From a virus, in IMG/VR virus record IMGVR_UViG_3300033145_000529, positions 1-64,000 of that record: a DNA stretch of 64,000 nucleotides; one strand, given 5' to 3'. Every line of letters begins with the position of its first letter. Position 1 is the stretch's first letter. The position numbers were made by a program, and so were the translations under genes. Below, piece after piece: positions 35,958-46,799 of the stretch. The notes beneath the pieces are model-generated. The model was not told the DNA's origin, made no database searches, and saw nothing but the letters and a program-made list of their open reading frames with translations.

Positions 35958-36269
35958 ATGGAAAATAGATTTGGATGGGGTTCAACACCCCTTATACACA
36001 TTTTATATGATACGGATATTGATGCTCCAGGTGAGGGTCAAAGACTTTGGATAACCGATATATTCATTGAATGTGGTGATAGTACCAGTATTGGACTTAG
36101 TGAGAGTGGTGGTGGTGAAGTCCTTGTTCCTAGTGTTAAGAACATGGACCATACATTTGCCGCACCGATAAAGCTGGCTGAGAACAAAGGAGTATCAATA
36201 GATATTACTGGTGTTGGCTCAACACGTATTTTGATTGGTTATTATATTGAGGGAGTGAGTCACAATTAA
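35958..36269 (+). CDS. hypothetical protein
   Basis: GAGG RBS, 103 aa. Confidence 0.6.
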   Translation: MENRFGWGSTPLIHILYDTDIDAPGEGQRLWITDIFIECGDSTSIGLSESGGGEVLVPSVKNMDHTFAAPIKLAENKGVSIDITGVGSTRILIGYYIEGVSHN

Positions 36270-36270
36270 G

Positions 36271-38313
36271 ATGAGGGTTATAAAACGAGACGGCAGGATT
36301 GTCAAGTACAATTTCGAAAAAATAGTTCTTGCCGTTACCAAGGCTATGAAGTCTATTGGTAAGGTGGACGATGAGATTGCACAAAATATTGTCACTACAG
36401 TTACTAATACCTTGAACGGTAATGGAGAACTATCTGTAGAAGATATTCAAGACAAGGTTGAAGATGCCCTTATTAAATTAGGTGATGCTCAACTAGCGAA
36501 AACTTATATTTTATATAGGGCAAAGCGAGCCGAAGTTCGTGGGTTTAGAGAAGCTATTGGCGTTGAAGATACGCTTAAATTGGGGGTTAATGCCTTAGCT
36601 TTGTTAGATAAAAGATACCTTAAAAGTTTTGATGGCAAAAAGGAAACTCCGTCACAAATGTTTCATAGGGTTGCTAACCATGTAGCGTCAGTGGAGAAAT
36701 CCTTTGGTGGTAGTCCTGATTATTGGGGTAAAGTGTTCTATAATTTGATGGCTAATCAAATGTTCTTACCTAATACACCATGTTTAGCTAATTCTGGTAA
36801 TTCTGACTTAAACTACCTATTTGCTTGTTATGCGTTTGAAGTTGGTGATTCGATGGAAGAGATACTGCAAACAGCCAAAGATTGTGGTATGGTTCAGAAG
36901 ACAGGTGGTGGAGTTGGTCTCAATTTGTCCAAGTTAAGACCTGCTGGTGATAAGGTGAAGACTACTGAGGGTATAGCTAGTGGACCTATTGACTTTATGA
37001 GAATCTATGATACGGTAAGTGATGTTATTAAGCAGGGTGGTATTAGACGTGGTGGTAATCTAGGATTATTGTTAGTTAATCATCCAGATATAATTGAATT
37101 TATCAAATGTAAGAATGATGAAACAAGACTAAATAATTTTAATATTTCAGTCGCTATCACTGACGAGTTTATGCGTTGTGTGAAAAATGATAGCGATTTT
37201 TCTTTGGTCAATCCCAAAGATGGGAAGACCGTACGAAATGTTAATTCTAGGTATCTATTTCGCTTTATTGCTGAATCTGCTTGGCGAAATGGAGAACCAG
37301 GTTTTGTTTTTTGGGATAAAATTGAACAGGACAATCCTACACCAAAACAGGGACACTTGATAAAGAACTTATGTGGAGAACAAGATTTGTTACCTTATGA
37401 AGCTTGTGTTCTAGGTTCTATAAATCTAGTGAAGTTTGTTGAGGATGGGCAGATTGTATATAACTCCTTAAGAAAAGTTGTTCACCACTCTGTAAGATTT
37501 CTTGATGATGTTATTAGTGCCTCAAACTATCCATTGGAAGCTATCCATGATAAAGTTCTAGCAAATAGAAAGATAGGTTTGGGTATAATGGGATTTGCTA
37601 ATTTATTATTGATACTTGGTGTCCCATACGATTCTGAAGAAGCAGAAAAGATAGCTGAAGAGGTGATGGACTTTATAAATGTTGAAGCTCGGAGGGCTTC
37701 TGTACGTTTAGCTGAAGATCGTGGTGATTTCTTGAATATTGGTGACTCTACCGTGCCCCCACCACAAAGGAATGCTTCTTTAACTACTATAGCTCCTACA
37801 GGGAGTATAAGTATTATAGCGGAGACATCCAGTGGTATTGAACCTATTTTTGCTGTAGTGTATCAAAAAACTAATATCTTGGAGAATAATACATTCTTTC
37901 AAGTTAATCCTATTTTTGAGAGCATTGCTAAACAAGAGGGGTGGTATTCCCAAGCGTTGATTAATAAGATTATCAGAAATGGTGGTAAGGTGTCGGGGCT
38001 TCCCGAAGTACCAGAAAAGTGGCAAAAAGTTTTTAGAACGGCATTGGAAATTGCTCCTGAATGGCATGTAAGGATGCAAACCGCTTTCCAACGGCATGTT
38101 AATAGTTCAATATCAAAGACCATAAATTTATCATATGATGCTACGGTTGAAGATGTTGAGCGAGTTATTAAACTTGCATACGATACGAACCTCAAAGGGC
38201 TTACGGTGTTCCGTAACCAAAGTAGGACAAAACAAGTTCTTGAAACGCTCTGTACGGAGTGTGAAGATGGGGGTTGTCCTATTCCTCAAGAATTAGTTTC
38301 TAAGCTAGAGTAG
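36271..38313 (+). CDS. nrdJ: class II (B12-dependent) ribonucleotide reductase with ATP cone
   Basis: VIKRDG ATP cone, PNTP, ACY, GGGVG, NLCGEQ, ACVLGS, IAPTGS; no beta subunit nearby. Confidence 0.88.
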   Translation: MRVIKRDGRIVKYNFEKIVLAVTKAMKSIGKVDDEIAQNIVTTVTNTLNGNGELSVEDIQDKVEDALIKLGDAQLAKTYILYRAKRAEVRGFREAIGVEDTLKLGVNALALLDKRYLKSFDGKKETPSQMFHRVANHVASVEKSFGGSPDYWGKVFYNLMANQMFLPNTPCLANSGNSDLNYLFACYAFEVGDSMEEILQTAKDCGMVQKTGGGVGLNLSKLRPAGDKVKTTEGIASGPIDFMRIYDTVSDVIKQGGIRRGGNLGLLLVNHPDIIEFIKCKNDETRLNNFNISVAITDEFMRCVKNDSDFSLVNPKDGKTVRNVNSRYLFRFIAESAWRNGEPGFVFWDKIEQDNPTPKQGHLIKNLCGEQDLLPYEACVLGSINLVKFVEDGQIVYNSLRKVVHHSVRFLDDVISASNYPLEAIHDKVLANRKIGLGIMGFANLLLILGVPYDSEEAEKIAEEVMDFINVEARRASVRLAEDRGDFLNIGDSTVPPPQRNASLTTIAPTGSISIIAETSSGIEPIFAVVYQKTNILENNTFFQVNPIFESIAKQEGWYSQALINKIIRNGGKVSGLPEVPEKWQKVFRTALEIAPEWHVRMQTAFQRHVNSSISKTINLSYDATVEDVERVIKLAYDTNLKGLTVFRNQSRTKQVLETLCTECEDGGCPIPQELVSKLE

Positions 38314-38376
38314 CAATAAGGAAACGTTCTTTACTGTGTCCCCCATTCTCCATTATTTATTTTACCTAGTTTAGAA

Positions 38377-38670
38377 ATGGCAAAAATTCCACTAGTATTT
38401 GGTGTACTGAATATGACCTACAAATGTGCAATCTGTGAAACTATAATTCGCCCTAATCGTTATTTTTGCTGGCATTGTTATAATGAATTTAGAGATGATA
38501 TTCGTAATAAGAAAGAATGGACTAGATTTGTTGTTAGTGAAGAGTCGAAGAGACGAAGAGGAGAAAAAAGAGATAGAGATAAGTCTGTCATGTTGATTTA
38601 TTTGGGGGATAAGTGGGACATTGATACAGAAGGGAATCTAATCCGTAAGGAAGGTTTTCATTATGGGTAG
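38377..38670 (+). CDS. zinc-finger hypothetical protein
   Basis: CAIC...CWHC. Confidence 0.6.
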   Translation: MAKIPLVFGVLNMTYKCAICETIIRPNRYFCWHCYNEFRDDIRNKKEWTRFVVSEESKRRRGEKRDRDKSVMLIYLGDKWDIDTEGNLIRKEGFHYG

Positions 38671-39220
38671 GAAAAGAAAAGGACAAGACGTTCAAGAGAA
38701 GATTGAGAAGTACTTAGAAGAGTACGAACTTGATGAGTTGAATGCGGCTAATGATAAGGCAGCTTTAACTCAAATGTGCCAAATAGAAGTTAATATAGAG
38801 CAGATTCAAAAAGCTCTTAGCGACATAAAAAACCCACTTGAAAACTCTAAAAAAATTAGGGAGCTTCACAGTGCTCTACGAGACGCCAATCAAAATTGGG
38901 TTACTTTGCAAACAGAACTTGGTATTAATAGAAAAAAGAGAAAGAGTGAGAGTGATGAATCCCCATTACGATATGTTGAGCGGCTTCAAGAGATTGGCAA
39001 GAAGTTTGTAGATGGTAGATTAAAGAGTTTTGTATGTTCTAAGTGTGGGCAGGTTCTAGGCAAATATATTTTTTACATAACTGATAGGGGTGAGAAGGGG
39101 TCAATAGAAAGTGAAACTAAACCGATTGAGACATATAAATTTACTATTCGCCACGAGTGCTGGAAATGTGGTGAGATAGTTGAGGTTTCCAATGAGGATT
39201 TTGTGGTTGTTCAAAAATGA
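38663..39220 (+). CDS. putative terminase small subunit
   Basis: Directly upstream of and overlapping TerL; helical with C-terminal zinc ribbon. Confidence 0.45.
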   Translation: MGRKRKGQDVQEKIEKYLEEYELDELNAANDKAALTQMCQIEVNIEQIQKALSDIKNPLENSKKIRELHSALRDANQNWVTLQTELGINRKKRKSESDESPLRYVERLQEIGKKFVDGRLKSFVCSKCGQVLGKYIFYITDRGEKGSIESETKPIETYKFTIRHECWKCGEIVEVSNEDFVVVQK

Positions 39221-40824
39221 AAGAGAAAGTAACACTCAGTGAAGGTGACTTAGCAGTATTGGAAATAATAGAAGACCCCGTTTTATTTAGTGAATTTATT
39301 AGATGTACTGATGAAGAAATAGAGCAGGGAACAGGCTGGCATTATGACAACTATCAAAGAAAAATGCTGATTGACAGCTCACCTTATATTAGTATAGCTA
39401 CTGGTAGAACTACTGGTAAAACTGCTAGTATGGAAACTAAAATTATTCATACTGCCGTTTCAAACAAGTATAAAAAAGCTAGTGCTAACGAGATATTATT
39501 GGTAGTTCAGAACAAGGCACAGCTAGAACCCGTATTTTTACGTCTTATTAATTTCTTTAGGAGACATCAACTATTGAAGCACTTTGTTGATAGGCTTGGT
39601 GTCAATATGTCAAGTCATGAAATAAGGTTGTTGAATGGTTGCTTGATAAGGTGTAGAATTGTTGGTTCTACGGCGGACAGTAATGTTATTGGTCTTCACG
39701 TTCCATGTATATACGTTGATGAAGGTCAAGTTTTTAATTATGTAGCTTGGAATTCACTGATGCAGTGCTTAACCACATGGGATACTGTGGAATCCTGTGG
39801 TGCAGATTTCTTTCTTTGGGTGAGCGGAGTTCCTAATGGTCTTCGTGAAAAAAATGTTCTCTATGAGTGTGACCAAATTAATGAGAAGTTCTCACGTCAT
39901 AATGTGTCGAGATTAAGCAGTATTAGATATACAAAGCAGCAACATAAAACGGACTTGAAGCAGTATGGTGGTGAGAGCGGTGATGATTATGTTCATTTGG
40001 TTCTTGGGGAACATGGTTCACCCGCTTTCTCAGTATTTGACAGAAAATTGATGAGAATAGAGGATTATCCTGTGTCGGTGTCTATTTTGAATAATATTTC
40101 TTTAGACCAACATGATGGACAGTTTAATGACCTTTTAAGAGCACCAGACCTTCCTGCTGATATTCAAAAGAAATATGATTTAATAATAGCTGGAATAGAT
40201 GCGGGTTTCTCTAATGACCCAACAATTATTACTGTATTGTGGAGGGAGAAGGAAACTTTAACATGGCGAGAATTCGTTCGAATTGAACTGAGGAGAATTA
40301 AGTATCCATTGCAAGCGAAAATAATTAATTGGTTAGACACTATTTATGGATTTAACATGATAGCCGTTGATGCGGGACATTCTGGTTTGGCATTATGTCA
40401 AATATTACAAGATGAAGACGGGGATTTTAAGAGTAGGAACTATATTAAAAGGTTAATTCCAGTTGATTTCCAAGCGAATGTTGTTACTGGGTATGATGAG
40501 GATGAGAAAGAAATAAAGGATAGGGTAAGAAAATTTACAATCCAAACACTACAAAAGTGGAGTCAGAATGACCAAATAATTGCATTTTCTACGCAGGATG
40601 ATGATGTTATTTCTGAACTTGAGAGAGTTGGATTTACTAGGGATATGCTTGGGCAACCAAAATTCTTTGTGTATTCATCCCAAGGTGGTCAAAGAGGTGA
40701 AGACCACATACTTGCTTCTCTTTTGACATGGGTATATGGGTATTACTATAAGTATTACTCTCCTGAGAAACCAACTAAGGGCAAATACAGTGATTTGGTT
40801 CGGGGTGGATGGTTGGCTCGGTAG
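39217..40824 (+). CDS. terL: terminase large subunit
   Basis: YQ adenine motif, GRTTGKT, IYVDE, SGVP, nuclease AGIDAG..NDPT, EDH. Confidence 0.85.
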   Translation: MKEKVTLSEGDLAVLEIIEDPVLFSEFIRCTDEEIEQGTGWHYDNYQRKMLIDSSPYISIATGRTTGKTASMETKIIHTAVSNKYKKASANEILLVVQNKAQLEPVFLRLINFFRRHQLLKHFVDRLGVNMSSHEIRLLNGCLIRCRIVGSTADSNVIGLHVPCIYVDEGQVFNYVAWNSLMQCLTTWDTVESCGADFFLWVSGVPNGLREKNVLYECDQINEKFSRHNVSRLSSIRYTKQQHKTDLKQYGGESGDDYVHLVLGEHGSPAFSVFDRKLMRIEDYPVSVSILNNISLDQHDGQFNDLLRAPDLPADIQKKYDLIIAGIDAGFSNDPTIITVLWREKETLTWREFVRIELRRIKYPLQAKIINWLDTIYGFNMIAVDAGHSGLALCQILQDEDGDFKSRNYIKRLIPVDFQANVVTGYDEDEKEIKDRVRKFTIQTLQKWSQNDQIIAFSTQDDDVISELERVGFTRDMLGQPKFFVYSSQGGQRGEDHILASLLTWVYGYYYKYYSPEKPTKGKYSDLVRGGWLAR

Positions 40825-40838
40825 AGTGGAGATTTACG

Positions 40839-42341
40839 ATGGCAAATAAGGATAAAAAGAAAACTATAAGTAAAGTGATTACTGGAGAACTAAAACCAGG
40901 TAAACTAGTTAAAGCGGCAGTTAATATTTTGACAGACCCAACTCAAACTGGCTTGGTGTTCACTGAAGAAGTGGACAAGATGGCAATACCAAAAGATTAT
41001 CATAAATTGATAAAAACTTGTAGATTTTTTTACAAGCGTGACCCAATTGCTGGTACTGTTATGAACAAAATGGTTGATTGTGCCATTACTCCTCTGTCAA
41101 ACAAAAAGTCGGAGTGTAGTGATGAGGAGTACGAGGTTTACAATGCCCTAACTGAGATGCTTCAAGAATTCTTTAGAAATGTGTGCCTAGAATACCTACT
41201 CTCTGGTTTAGTTATTCCGCATTATGAGTGGGTGAGAATGAGGGGTAGCGAGCTTTCTCAGAAATTGAATTCTAGACGTAGAGTAACTGTTCCCAATAAT
41301 ATTTGGTTTAGAGACCCCGCAACGGTCACTGTTAAGAATTCAGTTATCCCAAATAAGAAATACTACTTTGTTGATGTTGATGCAAGAACTATATCTTTCA
41401 TTAAGAACAAGGGCAAATATCCTGATGGCACAGTTGATAAGGAGACATATAACGAGTTAGAAAAGAACTACCCCGCATTTGTAAAAGCGGTTCAAACTTT
41501 AAAAGGTACTAAGATGCAGATTAAACTAGAGGACATGAGACCCATTCTTGCTAAGACGCTTCCAGAGGAAGCATACCCAGTACCTTACATGGAAAATGCT
41601 TTGGAGTCCTTGATTCACAAGAGAAATTTGAGGAAAATGGATTATGCGATTGCGTCTAGGGTTGTTTCTGCTATTCAAATAATTAAGTTGGGTAGTGATG
41701 AGTTTCCATGTACAGATGAGACCGATTTTGACCACATTAAGAATCAAATGAATTATAGGACTTCTACAGGGTATCAAGAGAGAGTATATCAATTATTTGC
41801 TAATCATACTCTTAAAATTGAATGGGTATTTCCTGATACACAAGCTATGATAAACACTGAGAAGTATCGTGCTGTTGAGGATGACATAATTGCGGCATTC
41901 GGATTTCCTAGAACATTGATTACTGGTGAAACTTTAAGGTCTAATGTCCAAGGTGGTTCTGATTTTGCGGCATTCTCTCCTATTGCTACTATGGAAACTA
42001 TAAGAGATAGGTTACTTGAGTGGACTAAGGAATTGTACAAAGAAATTAGAGATAAGAATGAGTATATCAAAAATTATCCTATGCCTCAGTTTACACCAAT
42101 GAGACTTTACAGATTGATTGACCTTAACCTGATTGGTCAGTCTCTATACATGGAAGGCAATATTTCAAGGACATCAAGGCAAGAGCTTGTTGGTCTTGAC
42201 TTTGAAACTGAAATTGAGAGAAAGGTTCAAGAGGAGAAAGAGATGAAGGAGAAAGGCATTGACCCTGCTCCTGTATTACCGTTCTCTTCACCAAATATAC
42301 CAAATACTGGTAGAAATCCTCAACAAGATAAGGAGGAATAA
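40839..42341 (+). CDS. portal protein
   Basis: ~500 aa after TerL, AFGFP motif; start adjusted to MANKD. Confidence 0.75.
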   Translation: MANKDKKKTISKVITGELKPGKLVKAAVNILTDPTQTGLVFTEEVDKMAIPKDYHKLIKTCRFFYKRDPIAGTVMNKMVDCAITPLSNKKSECSDEEYEVYNALTEMLQEFFRNVCLEYLLSGLVIPHYEWVRMRGSELSQKLNSRRRVTVPNNIWFRDPATVTVKNSVIPNKKYYFVDVDARTISFIKNKGKYPDGTVDKETYNELEKNYPAFVKAVQTLKGTKMQIKLEDMRPILAKTLPEEAYPVPYMENALESLIHKRNLRKMDYAIASRVVSAIQIIKLGSDEFPCTDETDFDHIKNQMNYRTSTGYQERVYQLFANHTLKIEWVFPDTQAMINTEKYRAVEDDIIAAFGFPRTLITGETLRSNVQGGSDFAAFSPIATMETIRDRLLEWTKELYKEIRDKNEYIKNYPMPQFTPMRLYRLIDLNLIGQSLYMEGNISRTSRQELVGLDFETEIERKVQEEKEMKEKGIDPAPVLPFSSPNIPNTGRNPQQDKEE

Positions 42342-43021
42342 TGAGGGGAGTAGTTTTAGCGGGTGGTTTAGCTACTAGACTTAAACCGTTAAGTAATGTA
42401 CTTAATAAGCATTTGTTTCCAGTTTATGATTTACCAATGATTTATTACCCAATTAAAACATTGGCAGATGGTGGTATTAAAGATATTTTAGTGGTCATAG
42501 GAGAGAGGTCTGCTGGTGACATTGTTAGCCTATTACAAGATGGTTCTGAGTTAGGTGTTGATATAACATACAGATACCAAGGTGGTGGAGCACTAGGAAT
42601 AGCCCACGCACTAAACATAGCACGTGATTTTGTAGACGGTGATTTTACTCTTATTCTTGGTGACAACCTTTTCTTCGATACGCTTAATTTTACAGCGATG
42701 ACAGTACCTCATTTGTTTTTAACAAAATCAAATACACCAGAGAAGTTTGGTGTGGCAGAGATAGATGATGGCAAAATTATTCGTATTGTTGAAAAACCAA
42801 AAGAATTTGTATCGAATTTAATAGTTACAGGTCTTTATTTGTATCCTAGTAGCGTATTTGAGATTATTGATAGTTTAGAACCATCTACTAGGGGTGAATT
42901 TGAGATTACTGACCTTAATAATAAACTAGGAGGCTGTGACTATACTGTTATAGACAAGTGGTATGATGTCGGTGAGTACGACACTCTACTTGAAGCATCA
43001 AACCGTATAAAAGGAAGGTAA
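42341..43021 (+). CDS. rmlA: glucose-1-phosphate thymidylyltransferase (short form)
   Basis: LAGGLATRL.P...NKHL.PVYD.PMIYYP, LGDN, VEKP, RGEFEITD. Confidence 0.9.
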   Translation: MRGVVLAGGLATRLKPLSNVLNKHLFPVYDLPMIYYPIKTLADGGIKDILVVIGERSAGDIVSLLQDGSELGVDITYRYQGGGALGIAHALNIARDFVDGDFTLILGDNLFFDTLNFTAMTVPHLFLTKSNTPEKFGVAEIDDGKIIRIVEKPKEFVSNLIVTGLYLYPSSVFEIIDSLEPSTRGEFEITDLNNKLGGCDYTVIDKWYDVGEYDTLLEASNRIKGR

Positions 43022-43022
43022 T

Positions 43023-43487
43023 ATGATTTACGGAGTTAAAACTAAAAATCTTAAAATTATCCCAGATGAGCGTGGGTGGTTAATGGAGATTCTACGTAAA
43101 GATGATGATATATTTGAGAAGTTTGGGCAGGTGTACCTATCAGTAGCTTTTGCGGAGAGGGTAAAAGCTTGGCATTATCACAAGATTCAAACTGATAACT
43201 TTACTTGTGTACGTGGGATGATGAAGGTTGTTCTGTATGATGATAGGAAAGATTCTCCAACATTTGGTGAGTTGAATGAGTTTTTTATTGGTGATAAAAA
43301 CCCACTACTTATCAGCGTTCCACCGCTAGTGTGGCACGGGTTTAAAGCTGTTGATGAGTCGGCTTATTTTGTAAGTGTCCCAACATTACCTTATAATTAT
43401 GATGAACCAGACGAGTATAGGTTATCACCAGATACGGATACTATACCATACGATTGGGGGTTGGTAACTGGTTTAAAGCATGGGTAG
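43023..43487 (+). CDS. rmlC: dTDP-4-dehydrorhamnose 3,5-epimerase family
   Basis: DERG.L.E, KAWHYH, D.RKDSPTFG, WHGF. Confidence 0.88.
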   Translation: MIYGVKTKNLKIIPDERGWLMEILRKDDDIFEKFGQVYLSVAFAERVKAWHYHKIQTDNFTCVRGMMKVVLYDDRKDSPTFGELNEFFIGDKNPLLISVPPLVWHGFKAVDESAYFVSVPTLPYNYDEPDEYRLSPDTDTIPYDWGLVTGLKHG

Positions 43488-43494
43488 GTAAATT

Positions 43495-44376
43495 ATGAGT
43501 AAAATATTTGTGACTGGTGGAAGTGGATTGTTGGGTAGTAGAGTAGTAGAAGTGGCTAGGGAGTGTGGACACACTGTTATTTCTAGCTATTGTGATAACT
43601 ACCATAAAGGTGGTGTAAAACTTGATTTATTATTACCAGATGGTTTAGAACCAATATATTCTATAAAACCAGATGTTATAATACATACAGCAGGATTAAC
43701 AAATGTTGATAATTGTGAGGTAAACAAGGAACTGGCTTATAACATAAATGTTGAGGGTACTAGAAGAGTTGCATTTGCTGCTAGAAAATTAGATTGTTTT
43801 TTGGTAGGTATTTCTACTGACTATGTGTTTCCTGGACGAGACGGTGGTCTATACAAAGAAGAAGATAAGACACACCCAATAAACTATTATGGTTATACAA
43901 AGTTGGTCGGTGAGAATTTTTGTTCTAGTGTCGCAAGGTCTTGTGTAATATACGGGTCTATTCCGTCTAGTGGTAAAAAAGATAACTTTGTTCTGTGGAT
44001 TATAAACAATTTAACTGCTGGGAAAAAGATTAATCTTGCTATTGACCAATTTGTAACACCAGTACTAAACTATAATCTGGCTAGTATGCTACTAGAGGTA
44101 GTTAATAATAGAATAGAAGGTACAATTAACTTAGCTGGTGCTAATAGGATTTCTAGATATGACTTTGCAATAGCTATAGCAGAAAAATTTAAACTTAACA
44201 AGTGTTTACTACAACCAGTTACTATGGACGAGCTTCAATGGGTTGCTAAACGACCAAAAGACGCTTCGTTAGATACTACGAAGGCTTCTACTATACTAAA
44301 GGTGAAACCATACTATTTAGATGAGGCTCTAAGTAAATTAGAAAGCGACATGAGAGGTCAGATATGGAAAAAATAG
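43495..44376 (+). CDS. rmlD: dTDP-4-dehydrorhamnose reductase
   Basis: TGGSGLLG, TNVD.CE, ISTDYVF, PINYYG.TK..GE. Confidence 0.9.
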   Translation: MSKIFVTGGSGLLGSRVVEVARECGHTVISSYCDNYHKGGVKLDLLLPDGLEPIYSIKPDVIIHTAGLTNVDNCEVNKELAYNINVEGTRRVAFAARKLDCFLVGISTDYVFPGRDGGLYKEEDKTHPINYYGYTKLVGENFCSSVARSCVIYGSIPSSGKKDNFVLWIINNLTAGKKINLAIDQFVTPVLNYNLASMLLEVVNNRIEGTINLAGANRISRYDFAIAIAEKFKLNKCLLQPVTMDELQWVAKRPKDASLDTTKASTILKVKPYYLDEALSKLESDMRGQIWKK

Positions 44377-45296
44377 CCATTACTGGTGGTGCGGGATTTA
44401 TTGGCACAAACTTTGTTCATTATTTGTGTGAAAGGTATGATGCTAAGATTACTGTTTTTGATAAATTGACTTATGCTGGTAAGAGGGAAAACATTGCTGG
44501 ATTAGATATAAAGTTCGTCCATAAAGATATTTGTGATTTAATCGAAGATGATTTTGATGAGTACGATTGTCTTTACCACTTTGCGGCTGAGTCACACGTA
44601 GATAGGTCAATAACATCACCACATGATTTTCTGAATACTAATGTTTTAGGAACAGTAAACTTGCTAGAACTGTGTAAGAAGATTGGTGTTGGCAGGTTTA
44701 TATATATTAGTACAGATGAGGTATATGGTTCAGTTAGTGTTCCTAGTCGTGAGGTTGACATTCTTAGCCCATCATCTGCTTACTCTGCAAGTAAAGCATC
44801 TGCTGAGACGTTTTGTAATGCTTATTTAAAAACATTTAGAGTTCCTGTGATAATTACTAGAAGCTCTAATAATTATGGTCCTTATCAGCACGAAGAAAAG
44901 CTTATTCCTGTGGTTATTGGTAATGCTTTAAGGGATATGCAGATTCCAGTATATGGTACTGGTAATAATATTCGTGATTGGTTATTTGTAAAAGATAATT
45001 GTGAAGCTGTTGATTTTGTTTCTAGGAATGGTGGTGTAGGGGAGGTTTATAATATTGGGTCCAATAACCAAACTACAAACATTGAAATAATAACAGAAAT
45101 TTTAGGTGTTCTAGGGAAACCAACGAGTCTAATCTCATTTGTTGAGGATAGGTTGGGACACGATAGAGAGTACAGCCTTGATTGTTTTAAGATTAATAAA
45201 CTTGGTTGGAGAGCAAAGTATAATTTTAGAAAAGCCTTAAAGCAGACTTGTGAGTGGTATGAGCAAAGTTTCAGTAATAACACTAAGTTACAATAA
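44364..45296 (+). CDS. rmlB: dTDP-glucose 4,6-dehydratase
   Basis: TGGAGFIG, DKLTYAG, AAESHVDRSI, STDEVYG, YSASK, NNYGP. Confidence 0.93.
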   Translation: MEKIAITGGAGFIGTNFVHYLCERYDAKITVFDKLTYAGKRENIAGLDIKFVHKDICDLIEDDFDEYDCLYHFAAESHVDRSITSPHDFLNTNVLGTVNLLELCKKIGVGRFIYISTDEVYGSVSVPSREVDILSPSSAYSASKASAETFCNAYLKTFRVPVIITRSSNNYGPYQHEEKLIPVVIGNALRDMQIPVYGTGNNIRDWLFVKDNCEAVDFVSRNGGVGEVYNIGSNNQTTNIEIITEILGVLGKPTSLISFVEDRLGHDREYSLDCFKINKLGWRAKYNFRKALKQTCEWYEQSFSNNTKLQ

Positions 45297-45972
45297 ACCT
45301 CATCTTATTGGTGAGACAATAGATAGTATCTTAGGTCAAACACTTCAAGATATTGATCTTATTCTTGTTGATAATAGCACAACTAGTAAAGAAGAAGTTA
45401 GGTCTATATTAAGGTCTTATGAAAAGAAAGATAGTAGAATTAGATTATTTTATGAGAATCCAACAGAAGATGAACGAAAATACCAGTATGTGGGTGCTTT
45501 GTATACGAATAAATATATGGATATTGCTGAAGGACAATACTTGTACTTATTGGCTGATGATGATATAATCCTTCCTACTTGTCTACAAGAGTTATATGCT
45601 TGTGCTGAAGCTACCGATAGTCACTGTGCTTACCTAGGTCAAGATTGGGTAGTACCAGGTGAGGTGACAGGTACATGGTCTGTGTGGCAGCATCGTGAGT
45701 ACAACTATATATATGGTACAGCAGCACATTTTCACTGTTCGGGTATTTTGGGACAAAGTAGTGTGATATTTAGAAAGGATTGTTTATCCAAAATTGATAA
45801 ACCATATTTTCCCGTTGAGTGGGAAACAGCAACCATGTGTGACGGGTTGTTTTTGGATAAAATGGCTAAAGAATTCAAAATTTACCCACTTGGTAAAACA
45901 TTATGTATTATTAGGTTCTTTCATGGGAGCAATTTTTCATTGTTATCCCAGAAAGATGTGGTAGGAGAATAG
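45259..45972 (+). CDS. GT2 glycosyltransferase
   Basis: VSVITLSYN, LVDN, ADDD. Confidence 0.85.
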   Translation: MSKVSVITLSYNKPHLIGETIDSILGQTLQDIDLILVDNSTTSKEEVRSILRSYEKKDSRIRLFYENPTEDERKYQYVGALYTNKYMDIAEGQYLYLLADDDIILPTCLQELYACAEATDSHCAYLGQDWVVPGEVTGTWSVWQHREYNYIYGTAAHFHCSGILGQSSVIFRKDCLSKIDKPYFPVEWETATMCDGLFLDKMAKEFKIYPLGKTLCIIRFFHGSNFSLLSQKDVVGE

Positions 45973-45974
45973 GA

Positions 45975-46799
45975 ATGGAAGAGGTTATAATTGCTATCCC
46001 AACAATTAATAATTTGCAATATCTGAAGAAGTGTATAGAGTCAATTTGTTGCTCGTTTCCATATGAGTTATTGGTTGTGGATAATGGGTCTACAGATGAA
46101 ACGCTTAGTTGGCTTAAGGAAAATAAGATACCACATATCCATCATGACAAGAATTTTGGATGTTCTTATGCTAATAATGAGGCAATGGAGTATTCTTTTT
46201 CAAAAAATAAACTAGTTTTTATTATACATAATGATGTAATTTTGCATAAAAACTGTTTGGATAACCTATATCGTGGATTGACAGAGACAAGAGATTTTGA
46301 CTTGTTATTTGCATTGGAGCACCTAACTGGTAGAGTTAATCGAGAAGTGATGAAAGAGTTCAGATATAATTATATATTTGATAAAGACAATAAAGGGTTA
46401 CCAAATGAGAAAACTATTGAGTATACGGGGGCAAAAGCATCAAGGGGCATTAATTTCACCGTTAGAGCAATTAGGAAGACTGCCGTTGAAAAGGTTGGTT
46501 ATTTTGATGTTAATTACTTTCCCGCTTATTTTGAAGATAATGACTATGGTTTGAGATGTATTTTGGGCAAGGTTAATGTTGGTATTGTTCAAGCTGCTAG
46601 ATACTACCATTTTTGGAGTAGGAGTATACATGAGGGTGGGGTTGGTACATTGAATAGTAAATATTTTGGAGCAAACCAGACATTTTATAATAGAAAATGG
46701 GGTGGAGCTATTGGTAAAGAGACAATATTAGACCCGAATATTAAGCTTTTTAGGACTAGAGAGGAAGATTATGAGCTTATCAAAAACAAAGTCATTTGA
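45975..46799 (+). CDS. GT2 glycosyltransferase (rhamnosyltransferase-like)
   Basis: VVDNGSTD, HND, VGYFD..Y...YFEDND. Confidence 0.85.
   Translation: MEEVIIAIPTINNLQYLKKCIESICCSFPYELLVVDNGSTDETLSWLKENKIPHIHHDKNFGCSYANNEAMEYSFSKNKLVFIIHNDVILHKNCLDNLYRGLTETRDFDLLFALEHLTGRVNREVMKEFRYNYIFDKDNKGLPNEKTIEYTGAKASRGINFTVRAIRKTAVEKVGYFDVNYFPAYFEDNDYGLRCILGKVNVGIVQAARYYHFWSRSIHEGGVGTLNSKYFGANQTFYNRKWGGAIGKETILDPNIKLFRTREEDYELIKNKVI

Noticed and set aside
38378-38410. GCAAAAA...GGTGTACT similarity to 55582-55609 as a late promoter
   Set aside because: Only two imperfect copies with different spacing; too weak to support.
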